Shown: positions 10,985-19,728, numbered from the whole stretch's first letter. The stretch: 63,951 nt of DNA, filler included, from an uncultured Methanosarcinales archaeon (GCA_964385185.1; 4 parts of 4 records of this genome joined end to end with filler, not necessarily neighbours in it); one strand, 5' to 3'. Numbers and translations: made by a program. Notes: generated by a model not told the origin, from the letters alone.

Positions 10985-11170
10985 ATTCTTCGAAGCAAAG
11001 ACAAAGAAGATTCTTCAGGTACACTACATATAATCTCTAAGGATGTTGCAGAAAAAGCACTCTTTATTATCAATGAACGTATAAAAAATTCTGAAAAGAT
11101 TACTCCTGAAAACCTTTCTAAATATATTAAAAAAATGAAGAAAAACTTAGCTAAATTAGCACAATCTTAA
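10778..11170 (+). CDS. Chimeric membrane protein: N-terminus identical to 15931 ORF, unrelated basic C-terminus
   Basis: First 69 aa identical to 15931..16404, diverging exactly at the repeat boundary. Confidence 0.65.
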   Translation: MVNNILIQETPSSKVTIYTVVSTVINLIIGVLILLISAIVIKGKLQVGNYLIFIVPSFVVIGLVVIIFLILRSKDKEDSSGTLHIISKDVAEKALFIINERIKNSEKITPENLSKYIKKMKKNLAKLAQS

Positions 11171-12288
11171 ATTTTATCAACTTCTTCAAAAATTCTAAAT
11201 AATTGGTGTAATCCTAATCTAATCTTTTCAGTGAGTAAATATTCATCTGTTGAATGAGTTTTTTTGCCATCTGCAATCGCTATAGTGAGACTAGGTAATC
11301 CCAAACTAATTGGATAATTAGAGTCTGTACTTCCAACATCATCTATTGTAGGAATATCTAGTTCTTTATGTACACTTGTGATAATTGTTTTGAGTTGTTC
11401 ATTTTCCATATTTCCGCCAGGTCTATCACCCAATATTTTACTTTCAACTTTAACAGAAGTTACTTGACTAATAATTTCTTCAATCTCTTTTATTTTTTGT
11501 TTTAATATTTGACCATCAATAGATCGTACCTCAACACTAAATTCTGCTTTTTGTGGAATAGCATTAACTGATGTGCCCCCTTGAATTGTTCCTATATTAA
11601 AAGATGTTTTTGGATCAGAAGGATAATTAATATTAGAAATTTTCTTAATTATTTTTGTGGCTTCTATAATTGCATTAGGTTTTCCAAATTCTCTCCAACT
11701 GTGACCGCCTTCACCTATGATAGTTATATTACATCTATGACTGCCAACTACTGTCGTAGTTAATCTTCCAAGTTTATGTCCTTCTATTACAATATGTGCC
11801 TTGACTTTAGTTTTATCCACATTATCAAAATAATATTTCATCCCTCTCAGATTACCTAATCCTTCTTCTCCAACATTGTAGAGAAATACCATTGTATGTT
11901 TAGGAGTAATATTATTTTCTTTGATATATTTCATTAAGTAGAGCATTGCTGTATCACCTGTAGCATTATCACAAATGCCTGGACAATATATAATTCCTTT
12001 CTCTTCCTTAATTTCTAAAGGTGTCCCTTCTGGAAATACTGTGTCTGCATGTGCTGAAAAAATAATAAGATTATCAGAAGATCCTTTTAATGTAATAACA
12101 AGATTTCCTTCTTTGTCAATATGAATATTTTGGTATCCTATATCTTCTACTAGTTTTTTGAAGTAAAGAACTCTTTTTTCTTCTTTAAATGGTGGAGAAG
12201 GAACTAATGCTAACTTTTTCATATCTTCCATAAACTGATTGTAAAACTTTTCAATATATTCTTTAATGTTATCCATTGTTAAATCCAA
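11167..12288 (-). CDS. M20/M25/M40 family metallo-hydrolase (peptidase T-like)
   Basis: SAHADTV, GICDN, GEEGLGNL, GEGGHSW, GSTDSN, THSTDE motifs. Confidence 0.9.
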   Translation of the reverse strand: MDLTMDNIKEYIEKFYNQFMEDMKKLALVPSPPFKEEKRVLYFKKLVEDIGYQNIHIDKEGNLVITLKGSSDNLIIFSAHADTVFPEGTPLEIKEEKGIIYCPGICDNATGDTAMLYLMKYIKENNITPKHTMVFLYNVGEEGLGNLRGMKYYFDNVDKTKVKAHIVIEGHKLGRLTTTVVGSHRCNITIIGEGGHSWREFGKPNAIIEATKIIKKISNINYPSDPKTSFNIGTIQGGTSVNAIPQKAEFSVEVRSIDGQILKQKIKEIEEIISQVTSVKVESKILGDRPGGNMENEQLKTIITSVHKELDIPTIDDVGSTDSNYPISLGLPSLTIAIADGKKTHSTDEYLLTEKIRLGLHQLFRIFEEVDKI

Positions 12289-13342
12289 TTACCTCTCTGT
12301 GTAATTCTTCAATTAACTCATTAGATTCTTCTGGGTTCATAACATTATAAACTTTAGCATTTACAAGTTTTTGAAATGTTGATTTACGATAATATGCTTC
12401 TTTAAGTATTGGGACATTAAAAAAGAATGGAGCTGTTATTCCACATTCTTTTGTAAAGTGAAAAGCACCATAAGCACCCATATAATCTGTAGAACACATT
12501 GCTACTGCAACAACATTCTTTTTAATATTATTATCTGATAAAAGAGCAGGTATTGAAGCCCACATTACATCTCCCCCTGGTTCTAAAATTATAACATCTG
12601 GATTTTGCTTTTCTGTCTCATTTAATATTCCATATAATGTTGGTAAATATTCAGATGGTTCTAAATTATATGTAGTTACTAATCCAAAATCTACTTTATC
12701 AAGAAAAGAATCAGCTCCAGCATCTCTATGCGAATAGGTATCTCTTATATTTCCTGAACCATTTGTTTTGGAAGCAGCTACTTTCATCCCCTTACCTTTA
12801 AACCCTTTGATTACTTTACCAATAAGGGTAGTTTTACCACACTCTGCACTTGAACCTAATCCTAATATTATTGGAATTTTTCCTTCATAGGTTAGAGATG
12901 GTTTGTAAGGTGTTAAATCCGTAAGATTACATACCTTATCATTTTCACTAACTAATCCTTCTAATCTAATATTTACTGGTTGATGACCTATATGTTCAGG
13001 TACTCTTCTCACAGTTCCGACAATAGCGGATGATGATAAAATTTGAAAGATGTCTCCATTTTTACAAATAACTCCTTCTTTTGAAATGTCTCCTGAAATA
13101 TTTGTCCCACTTTGCCTAATACCAAATACACCAACCATATAATCTCCTTTGCAAAGATGTTGAAATTCTCCTTCTAAATCTAGTTGATCAATATATCCAC
13201 CATCACTACTGAGAACTTCAAAAACCCCCATACTTCCAGGAATAGCAACACCATTATTTTTAAGGTCAAGACTTCTAAGATTTGATGGAAATCTTATATT
13301 GTTTGATACTACTTTAAATTCATGGTTCAACATGGTTATCAC
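12269..13342 (-). CDS. DUF1611-like P-loop protein
   Basis: GSSAECGKTT P-loop, KTNGSGNIRD..HRDAGA..DFGLVTTY, DVIILEPGG. Confidence 0.7.
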   Translation of the reverse strand: MITMLNHEFKVVSNNIRFPSNLRSLDLKNNGVAIPGSMGVFEVLSSDGGYIDQLDLEGEFQHLCKGDYMVGVFGIRQSGTNISGDISKEGVICKNGDIFQILSSSAIVGTVRRVPEHIGHQPVNIRLEGLVSENDKVCNLTDLTPYKPSLTYEGKIPIILGLGSSAECGKTTLIGKVIKGFKGKGMKVAASKTNGSGNIRDTYSHRDAGADSFLDKVDFGLVTTYNLEPSEYLPTLYGILNETEKQNPDVIILEPGGDVMWASIPALLSDNNIKKNVVAVAMCSTDYMGAYGAFHFTKECGITAPFFFNVPILKEAYYRKSTFQKLVNAKVYNVMNPEESNELIEELHREVIGFNNG

Positions 13343-13345
13343 TTA

Positions 13346-14752
13346 CTAATGTGTATAAAATGTTCTTATCTTACGATAATTATCAGCTGCCATTAATAGT
13401 CCTTCTTTTTGGAAATTACCAGACATTCTAAATCCTCCAAATGGAGAATGTTCAAAACGGAATCCTGGTTGTCCATTCCAACTAAACTGTCCCACATTAA
13501 TCCTACTAAAATAGGATTTTGCTTCTTTCTCATCTTCTGTGACTATAGCACCTGCAAGACCATACTTTGAATTGTTTACAATTTGTAGTGCATCCTCCAT
13601 AGAATCTACCCTAATAATTGGGGCTACAGGTCCAAAAGTCTCTTCTACGACTAGTTCTGCATCTTTTGGTACATTGTCAATAACTGTAGGAGAATAAACA
13701 GCTCCTTTCTTATAATGCCCTAATAATACATTTCCACCATTTCTAACTGCATTATTAACTCTTCTTTCTATACACATTGCAGATTTATTACTTATAACAC
13801 ACCCTACGTCTGTATTTTCATCATATGGATTTCCATATTGTAATTTTTCAACTAAAGGAAGAAACTCATCTAAAAATATGTCTGCTATATTTTCATGGAT
13901 TAATAATCGTTTTATTGATGTACAACGTTGTCCAGAATTTTTAAAAGCCCCTAATGCTATTGTAGCAGCCATTTTTATATCTGCTTTTTTTGAAACATAC
14001 AATGCACTGTTGCCTCCAAGTTCATAAACCTGATGTAAAAAAGGATTTTGACTTTGTGCTATAGCTTGAGCAACTTTATGTCCATTTCTTAGACTTCCTG
14101 TGTAGGCTAAAACCTCTAATTGTTCACAGTTTAACATTGCTTCAAGTGCTTTAACAGGATCTGAAGAAGTTACTATTTGATATTGAGATGAAGGAAATCC
14201 TGCTTCATAAAGTAATTTAAAAAAGGCAACAGCAGATAAAGGAGTTTTTTCTGAAGGTTTTAATACCATATTTGCATTAGCAAGGAAATTTGGAACAACT
14301 TTATGAGATACCTGATTTATTGGATGATTAAAAGGTGTAATAGCTGCCACTAAATTTACTGGCGTTTGGATAACATCCATCATATTATGTGATTCATTAA
14401 CTCTAAACCTATCACTAATATCTACAATATCTTGTTCATCACTATCTGTATTAATTAAAAATTCATGAGAAAGTTGTATTAATGCTTCTGTTCTTCCTAC
14501 TTCATAAAGTGAATCCTTTTTACAAAGACCAGATTCTTTACTAATTAAAGTAGCTAAAACTTGTTTTTGTTCTTGAACTATATTTCCTAAACGTTTAATT
14601 GCAGATAATCTTTCAGTTTTATCTAATTTTTCAGTATTTTGAGCAACTTTTTTTAAAATATCAGTAATTTCCCGAGAAGAATAATCTTTTACTACTCCAA
14701 CTAACTCATTATCATATGGACTATGAACAATTAATTGTTCTGATATTTCCAT
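13346..14752 (-). CDS. Aldehyde dehydrogenase, phosphonoacetaldehyde dehydrogenase (PhnY)-like
   Basis: ITPFNHP, KPSEKTP, ELGG, KNSGQRCT, EETFGP; DSLYEVGR and SPFGG..SGN..KEG resemble PhnY as recalled. Confidence 0.85.
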   Translation of the reverse strand: MEISEQLIVHSPYDNELVGVVKDYSSREITDILKKVAQNTEKLDKTERLSAIKRLGNIVQEQKQVLATLISKESGLCKKDSLYEVGRTEALIQLSHEFLINTDSDEQDIVDISDRFRVNESHNMMDVIQTPVNLVAAITPFNHPINQVSHKVVPNFLANANMVLKPSEKTPLSAVAFFKLLYEAGFPSSQYQIVTSSDPVKALEAMLNCEQLEVLAYTGSLRNGHKVAQAIAQSQNPFLHQVYELGGNSALYVSKKADIKMAATIALGAFKNSGQRCTSIKRLLIHENIADIFLDEFLPLVEKLQYGNPYDENTDVGCVISNKSAMCIERRVNNAVRNGGNVLLGHYKKGAVYSPTVIDNVPKDAELVVEETFGPVAPIIRVDSMEDALQIVNNSKYGLAGAIVTEDEKEAKSYFSRINVGQFSWNGQPGFRFEHSPFGGFRMSGNFQKEGLLMAADNYRKIRTFYTH

Positions 14753-14846
14753 TGTTAATTAATAGGAATCAGTTCTGATTTATAAAGTCAACGCATAAAT
14801 AGTATGATATAATTTATACTAAACTAATAATTTAAAAAAATTAGAT

Positions 14847-15470
14847 TCATCTAACAAACAAAAACTTTTCTTTGTCTTTATTTAATTCTATAATAGAATG
14901 TCCTTTGTTTCCATAAATCTTTGCATCTTTGCCATAGAGTTTATTTAATTCCAAATCTTCACCTAGTAATAAATCATCTCTTTCTTCTATAAATTGTTTC
15001 ATCTTTGTAGGTATTCTGGTGATAAATTCATCTACTCTATATTGTTTATTATTTACCTTGATTGTAAAGTCTTGTTGTAGTTTTAGGATTGCTTCATTCT
15101 CTTTCAGTTGTAGTTCAGGATAGGCTTTTTCTTTTGTTATGTCTTTGCCTTCAAATACAGTGAAGTTTAACAGAGTATCATCTACAACTTCTTCTAAAAA
15201 TAGAGATGGATTTGATACTGTAGTTGGGTTTCTGTTGGTGAATTGTATCTCTCCATCATTTAGTGAGGTAAATCTGAGAAAACACTCTGTGGCTAGGCTA
15301 TAGGCTGATTTAACTAGGGTTGATACACTGGCTGTGTCTTCTGTTTCCATATTATTTTCCAGTATTGAGTTTTGAGCGACTCTTAACCACATAAAGAATA
15401 ATACTGTTAAAACTAACATAATGGCTATTAAAATAAACTGATGAATTTTGCAGTAATTTGCATCACACAA
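14847..15470 (-). pseudogene. Membrane-anchored hypothetical protein, apparently 5'-truncated
   Basis: No ATG before the hydrophobic FILIAIMLVLTVLFF segment; abuts an oppositely oriented fragment head-to-head. Confidence 0.5.
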
Positions 15471-15778
15471 AGCAAGATTTAGATAAGGAAGCAGGTAAGG
15501 TTGTAAAATTAAGTGCTAAAGCTCAAAAAACAATGCTTGAAGAGTATCAGAGATTATTTCAACTTTTCAAAGATACAAAGAAATTTCAGGAGATTTTGCG
15601 ACAATTATTAGTATTAATGCATGCTCAAATTTCTAATTCTGGAAATAAAGAATTATTAGAGATGATTGAACGGGTTGAAGAGGATGTTGACAGAGAAGAT
15701 AGACAAATAAAAAGTCAAGGCATTAGAAAGGCACAACAAAGTAGAATTAAAGGTACTAAATTAAGCTTTAGGAAATAG
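15458..15778 (+). pseudogene. C-terminal fragment of a coiled-coil protein
   Basis: Frame opens after TAA at 15434 with no ATG or promoter space; helical, charged composition. Confidence 0.5.
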
Positions 15779-15930
15779 AAAAGTAGGGCCCAGAACAATG
15801 TCCTGAGCCCTGGATCCCTCCCCCCAGATTACTACGTTAAGTATGAATCCTGCAGGTTAACTAAGTAATGGAATGGTTTATGATGCAATGTGCGAAAGAG
15901 TTAAATACCTAATAAACAGAGAATTAATCA

Positions 15931-16404
15931 ATGGTTAATAATATTTTGATTCAGGAGACTCCCAGTAGTAAAGTAACCATTTATACAGTAGTAAGTACTG
16001 TGATTAATCTGATTATCGGTGTGCTTATATTACTAATAAGTGCCATAGTAATTAAGGGAAAACTTCAAGTTGGAAATTATTTGATTTTTATTGTACCTTC
16101 TTTTGTCGTTATTGGATTGGTCGTAATAATTTTTCTTGTTAAGAGTAATAAATCCTATAATTATTATGTGATGGGAGATGGTGTCAAAAGCATTTATAGT
16201 TTTTTGTCAACTAAAGAATCTATGGCTAAATTCGAAAAAATAACAGATATCCAGATTTCTCAAGGTATGTGGCAAAAAGTTTTTAAAATTTATAGTGTAT
16301 CTTTTCAAACTGCTGGTTCAAATATTTCTGAGGTCGTCTTCCACAACATTGATGATCCTGTAAAGTTGAGGAACCTAGTGAGTAAGAAATTGGGACTAAA
16401 ATGA
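15931..16404 (+). CDS. Membrane protein with bacterial PH (bPH_2, YdbS-like) domain
   Basis: 2 TM segments then FEKITDIQISQGMWQKVFKIYSVSFQTAG. Confidence 0.85.
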   Translation: MVNNILIQETPSSKVTIYTVVSTVINLIIGVLILLISAIVIKGKLQVGNYLIFIVPSFVVIGLVVIIFLVKSNKSYNYYVMGDGVKSIYSFLSTKESMAKFEKITDIQISQGMWQKVFKIYSVSFQTAGSNISEVVFHNIDDPVKLRNLVSKKLGLK

Positions 16405-16928
16405 GTGAACGGTCAATTCAAGCTAGTGGGAAATTCCTAACTTCTATCGTACTCCGACCTTTGAAATTTGATCTTTTGGTATTGTTTGCTAGTACATATT
16501 TTAGTGTGTTTTTGATAAAACCTGATTTGATCACTCATTCATTGTCTTTGGGTTTTCTTATTACAGTACCTTTTTTGATTATGGGCATAGTATATCAAAG
16601 GTTGTTTTTTAAATCGTACCAACAAACTGTCAGTGGGGACAAAATAGTTTTCAGATACGGAGTACTAACAATGAAAGAAAAAATTATTCCCAAATCTAAA
16701 ATTACAGATGTTTCTATTAGCCAAAACTTTTTCGAAAAGAACTTAAATATATTTCGTATTCAGATTAATACTGCTGGATCTCATATAAGGCGTGCAAATT
16801 TTGAGGAACATATAGGGGGATTAGGGGGGCTTCCAAGGTCAGGTATGAAGAGCGAAATTAAATTTGAGGGAGAATTCATCGGTATTACTCGTCCAGAGCA
16901 GATAAAAAAATTGATTGAGAGAAAGTAA
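16401..16928 (+). CDS. Membrane protein with bacterial PH (bPH_2) domain
   Basis: 2 TM segments then YGVLT..EKIIPKSKITDVSISQNFFEK..NI..IQINTAG; ATGA overlap with upstream paralogue. Confidence 0.85.
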   Translation: MSERSIQASGKFLTSIVLRPLKFDLLVLFASTYFSVFLIKPDLITHSLSLGFLITVPFLIMGIVYQRLFFKSYQQTVSGDKIVFRYGVLTMKEKIIPKSKITDVSISQNFFEKNLNIFRIQINTAGSHIRRANFEEHIGGLGGLPRSGMKSEIKFEGEFIGITRPEQIKKLIERK

Positions 16929-17007
16929 TAATTATAAAATTTCTCATTTTTTGGAATCTAAGTCTACTTTGTTTGTAATTTTATATAAGTAATCATTCTT
17001 TTGTAAG

Positions 17008-17039
17008 AAAAAAAAGGCTCAGAACAATGTCCTGAGCCC
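17008..17039 (-). terminator. Hairpin plus U-tract downstream of tRNA-Tyr
   Basis: Minus strand GGCTCAGGAC-ATT-GTTCTGAGCC followed by T8. Confidence 0.6.
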
Positions 17040-17043
17040 TGGA

Positions 17044-17169
17044 TCCCTCCCCCCAGATTCGAACCGGGAACCTTTCGGTCTCAGCTGACTTGGTGTCATT
17101 CAGTGCTTTATACACAGTCTCCAAGCGATTATCTACAGCCGAACGCTCTAGCCATTGAGCTAGGGAGGG
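17044..17169 (-). tRNA. tRNA-Tyr(GTA) with 53-nt anticodon-loop intron (about 17080-17132)
   Basis: CCCTCCC/GGGAGGG acceptor with archaeal C1-G72, TTCGG-CTGTAG[intron]A-CCGAA, TTCGAAT T-loop; 73 nt after splicing. Confidence 0.93.
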
Positions 17170-17259
17170 AATAGTAATTAGTTTATTGAATTGCTTTATA
17201 AAAGTTCTTGTTAAGAAGTTGTGCATTGGGCAAAGAATATGGTAAATAGTATTGAGCAG

Positions 17260-17375
17260 TCACCACTACTACTGGCACACACAGTGTGCAGTAGTGGTGA
17301 AAACAGTATTTCTTTAAGGGCTCGCAGTCGTAAGACTGCGAGAGTGGGCACTCTGTGAGTGCCTCTGTTTTTTTT
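17260..17375 (+). other. Three consecutive hairpins followed by a T-run (candidate ncRNA or palindromic-repeat cluster)
   Basis: TCACCACTACT...AGTAGTGGTGA; CTCGCAGTC-GTAA-GACTGCGAG; GGCACTC-TGT-GAGTGCC; then poly-T. Confidence 0.55.
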
Positions 17376-17409
17376 AATTGCTCACAAATACTTAATCTAG
17401 AACTAAATC

Positions 17410-17538
17410 TTACTTATCTCTATTTTTATAGGCAACTAGACATGCTGCTTTGATCCAGCATTCTTTACATTGTTCTATTTCATCGTGATGTAAGCCAAAG
17501 CATTCATCATCCTGATACTTAACCATTTTTATTGCCAT
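17410..17538 (-). CDS. 42-aa cysteine micro-protein (absent from ORF track)
   Basis: MAIKMVKYQDDECFGLHHDEIEQCKECWIKAACLVAYKNRDK; C-x10-CxxC-x5-C; TATA-like element upstream. Confidence 0.7.
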   Translation of the reverse strand: MAIKMVKYQDDECFGLHHDEIEQCKECWIKAACLVAYKNRDK

Positions 17539-17574
17539 ATGATAAATAGAATAAAAGAACTAGTATAAAAGGTT

Positions 17575-18309
17575 TTAGGCGGGAATGATTCTTCCCGTCT
17601 GAGTTACCCTATAGGTTCCCGTCATTTCACTATCAGGTTGGGGATTATTGAGATAGATTGCTCTATTTTCTACTGCTTGAGTTACCATCATCTCAGGGTG
17701 TGGTTTTCTGATAGTAATATGCATATTTCCTTGTCTATCCTGATTTTGTTCAACAACATGTCCACCCGTAGGTAGTTCAAAGAGTAAATGATCTTCTTCA
17801 ATATTAGCTTCTCCCATAATTGCTTCGTATCCCGTTACAAATATTTTCGTACCGATATATTCCAACTCTTTGGTTTCTTCGGGTTTAGGGTGCATGTTTA
17901 TGGGCGGGACAATATCATCCTTCTCTTTTTCCTTGTAGTTGGTAACCTTCATGGATCCTCCCCATGGTTCTACTGTTTCCTGGATTTCACTTCGAATTCT
18001 AGTAGCCCCTAAATTGATTTTAGCGTTATAGGCTTTGAATACTACATTGAAGTTTTCATCATAGGTAATCATACCTGCAAGGTTTCCTTTTTCATCTTTA
18101 ATGTGGTATTCTTTCTTTGCTAAGTATCCACAGTTTGCTACGTCGGTAGATTCTTCTTGTAATTCATAAGAGTATTCACTAAATATTTCCATATCTAATA
18201 GATTATGTTCTAGACTTTGTTTCAATTTTCTGTTGAGTTCTGTGTCTCTCATGTATTGTTCCCATGAAAGTGCTACATTCTTTGTGTCCATAGTATCTTC
18301 TAGTGTCAT
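17575..18309 (-). CDS. Hypothetical protein
   Basis: 244-aa ORF with GAGGT SD, coupled to upstream small ORF. Confidence 0.75.
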   Translation of the reverse strand: MTLEDTMDTKNVALSWEQYMRDTELNRKLKQSLEHNLLDMEIFSEYSYELQEESTDVANCGYLAKKEYHIKDEKGNLAGMITYDENFNVVFKAYNAKINLGATRIRSEIQETVEPWGGSMKVTNYKEKEKDDIVPPINMHPKPEETKELEYIGTKIFVTGYEAIMGEANIEEDHLLFELPTGGHVVEQNQDRQGNMHITIRKPHPEMMVTQAVENRAIYLNNPQPDSEMTGTYRVTQTGRIIPA

Positions 18310-18485
18310 TATGTATACCTCGCAGAATATGCTTCATTGAGACTTTTTATTAAATCTCTTGGTGTTGGAGCAAGGTACTCTTTAGATTTGTATTGTTTAA
18401 TTGCTGCCTGTTGCTCCGCCATTCTAATTTTTTCAAAAGGGGGAACTATGGGTGATGGCATTTGATAGGGGTTGTTATGTTTCAT
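18309..18485 (-). CDS. 58-aa hypothetical protein (absent from ORF track)
   Basis: MKHNNPYQMPSPIVPPFEKIRMAEQQ...SARYT; GAGGT SD; TAATG overlap with next gene. Confidence 0.65.
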   Translation of the reverse strand: MKHNNPYQMPSPIVPPFEKIRMAEQQAAIKQYKSKEYLAPTPRDLIKSLNEAYSARYT

Positions 18486-18619
18486 TTTTTTACCTCGTGA
18501 TTCAATAGATATTAGAATAAGATATAGCTATAAGAAATTGTCAATATAAGGTATATAGAATTGTTTCAGTCTTACGACTGCGAGGATAGAAAAAAATAAA
18601 ACAAAATAAAATTAGAAAG

Positions 18620-18994
18620 TTACTCTTTATTCTCTTCTTCCTGTTCTTGAACTTCTTCTTTTTCTTCCTCAGTTTCTTGAGGTTCAAGTTCAGGTTCTTC
18701 TTCTTTCATTTCATCGGAAGGTGTATCTTCCTCATTGTCAGATTTTTCCATGATCTCATCGTCATCTTCGATGTCGTTTCCTAAATCATGTGAGTCGTCA
18801 CCATAGTCAGCAGGATTTTCTTCTTCTTCATTATCTTCCTGAATTTTTGGTTCGTTCTCTTCTTTCTCTTTTTCTTCTTCAGTTTTCTCTTCAGAAGATT
18901 CTTCGGATGTTTCCTCAGATTTTTCTTCTGTAGTGTCTTCTGTTACTGCTTCTGCCAATGCATCTACAGTCTCTTTTTGTTCATCATCAGTCAT
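18620..18994 (-). CDS. Highly acidic low-complexity protein
   Basis: About half of 124 residues are D/E; starts 11 nt after rpl15e. Confidence 0.75.
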   Translation of the reverse strand: MTDDEQKETVDALAEAVTEDTTEEKSEETSEESSEEKTEEEKEKEENEPKIQEDNEEEENPADYGDDSHDLGNDIEDDDEIMEKSDNEEDTPSDEMKEEEPELEPQETEEEKEEVQEQEEENKE

Positions 18995-19005
18995 ATTATC
19001 CCTCT

Positions 19006-19584
19006 TTATCGTGTTTTTCTATGGTAGGCTGCTTTTTTAGATGGTCTTATTTTTTCTGCGCCTTTACCTTTTTTCCTAAGGCCTCTGGATTTTTGTCCAG
19101 CGCTTGTAAGTCCTCTAAACACTCTACCTTTATGATTGGATGCACTGATCCAATTTCTTTTTTTGTCAGCTATAATTTCTGGAGCTGCTGTATCGATTAA
19201 GATTATCTCATACCACAGAGTTTTTCCATCTTCTGCAACGTAGTATGAATTTAATACTTCACAGTTTGGATACTTTCTGTTTGCTCTTTCTTCAGCAATT
19301 TGTTGATGAGATTTATCTAGGACCATTCTCACACGAGAAGTTTTAGGTCTTCTTTTACCCATTTCGTATCTTCTGTGTCCTCCTTTAGAAACACGTTGTC
19401 TTACAACAATAAAACCTTTTTTAGCTTTGTAACCTAATGATCTTGCTCTATCAATTCTAGTTGGTCGTAAAACTCTTACTGTAGAATTTTCTCTTCGCCA
19501 TTTGATTAACCTTTCTTTCCAAATTGGACCAAGATTTTTCTTTGGTTGTTTCCAAAGATCCTTTACATATTTGTACATTCCCAT
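19006..19584 (-). CDS. rpl15e: 50S ribosomal protein eL15
   Basis: RPTRIDRARSLGYKAKKG, EVLNSYYV, GRVFRGLTSAG. Confidence 0.98.
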   Translation of the reverse strand: MGMYKYVKDLWKQPKKNLGPIWKERLIKWRRENSTVRVLRPTRIDRARSLGYKAKKGFIVVRQRVSKGGHRRYEMGKRRPKTSRVRMVLDKSHQQIAEERANRKYPNCEVLNSYYVAEDGKTLWYEIILIDTAAPEIIADKKRNWISASNHKGRVFRGLTSAGQKSRGLRKKGKGAEKIRPSKKAAYHRKTR

Positions 19585-19609
19585 TTTAGCCTCCGTTGTT
19601 ATAATTCTT

Positions 19610-19647
19610 TCTAGGATTCAGGCAAGCCAATACCCACATCTCCTAGA
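19610..19647 (-). promoter_or_regulatory. Structured 5' leader of rpl15e (probable eL15 ribosomal leader)
   Basis: TCTAGGA...TCCTAGA stem enclosing GGC-TT-GCC-TGA, between a TATA box (about 19667) and the SD. Confidence 0.6.
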
Positions 19648-19728
19648 TTGAAGGAGTAATGGGGTGTTTATAAAGATTGTGTTTTAATTTGCCAATAATT
19701 TCCCTCTCTTTCAATAACTCTTATGTAA

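Larger units (their letters stand above)
10661..15830. mobile_element. Integrated unit 2 at tRNA-Tyr 3' end (about 5.15 kb, no integrase visible)
   Basis: Bounded by the 17-bp tRNA-Tyr 3'-end repeat ATCCCTCCCCCCAGATT at 10661-10677 and 15814-15830. Confidence 0.7.
15814..17059. mobile_element. Integrated unit 1 at tRNA-Tyr 3' end (about 1.23 kb)
   Basis: Bounded by tRNA-Tyr 3'-end repeat 15814-15830 / 17043-17059; 40-bp identity 15791-15830 vs 17020-17059. Confidence 0.7.

Noticed and set aside
10661..16137. Diversity-generating retroelement TR/VR pair
   Set aside because: The copies are identical with no adenine-specific differences, and no reverse transcriptase is in the window.
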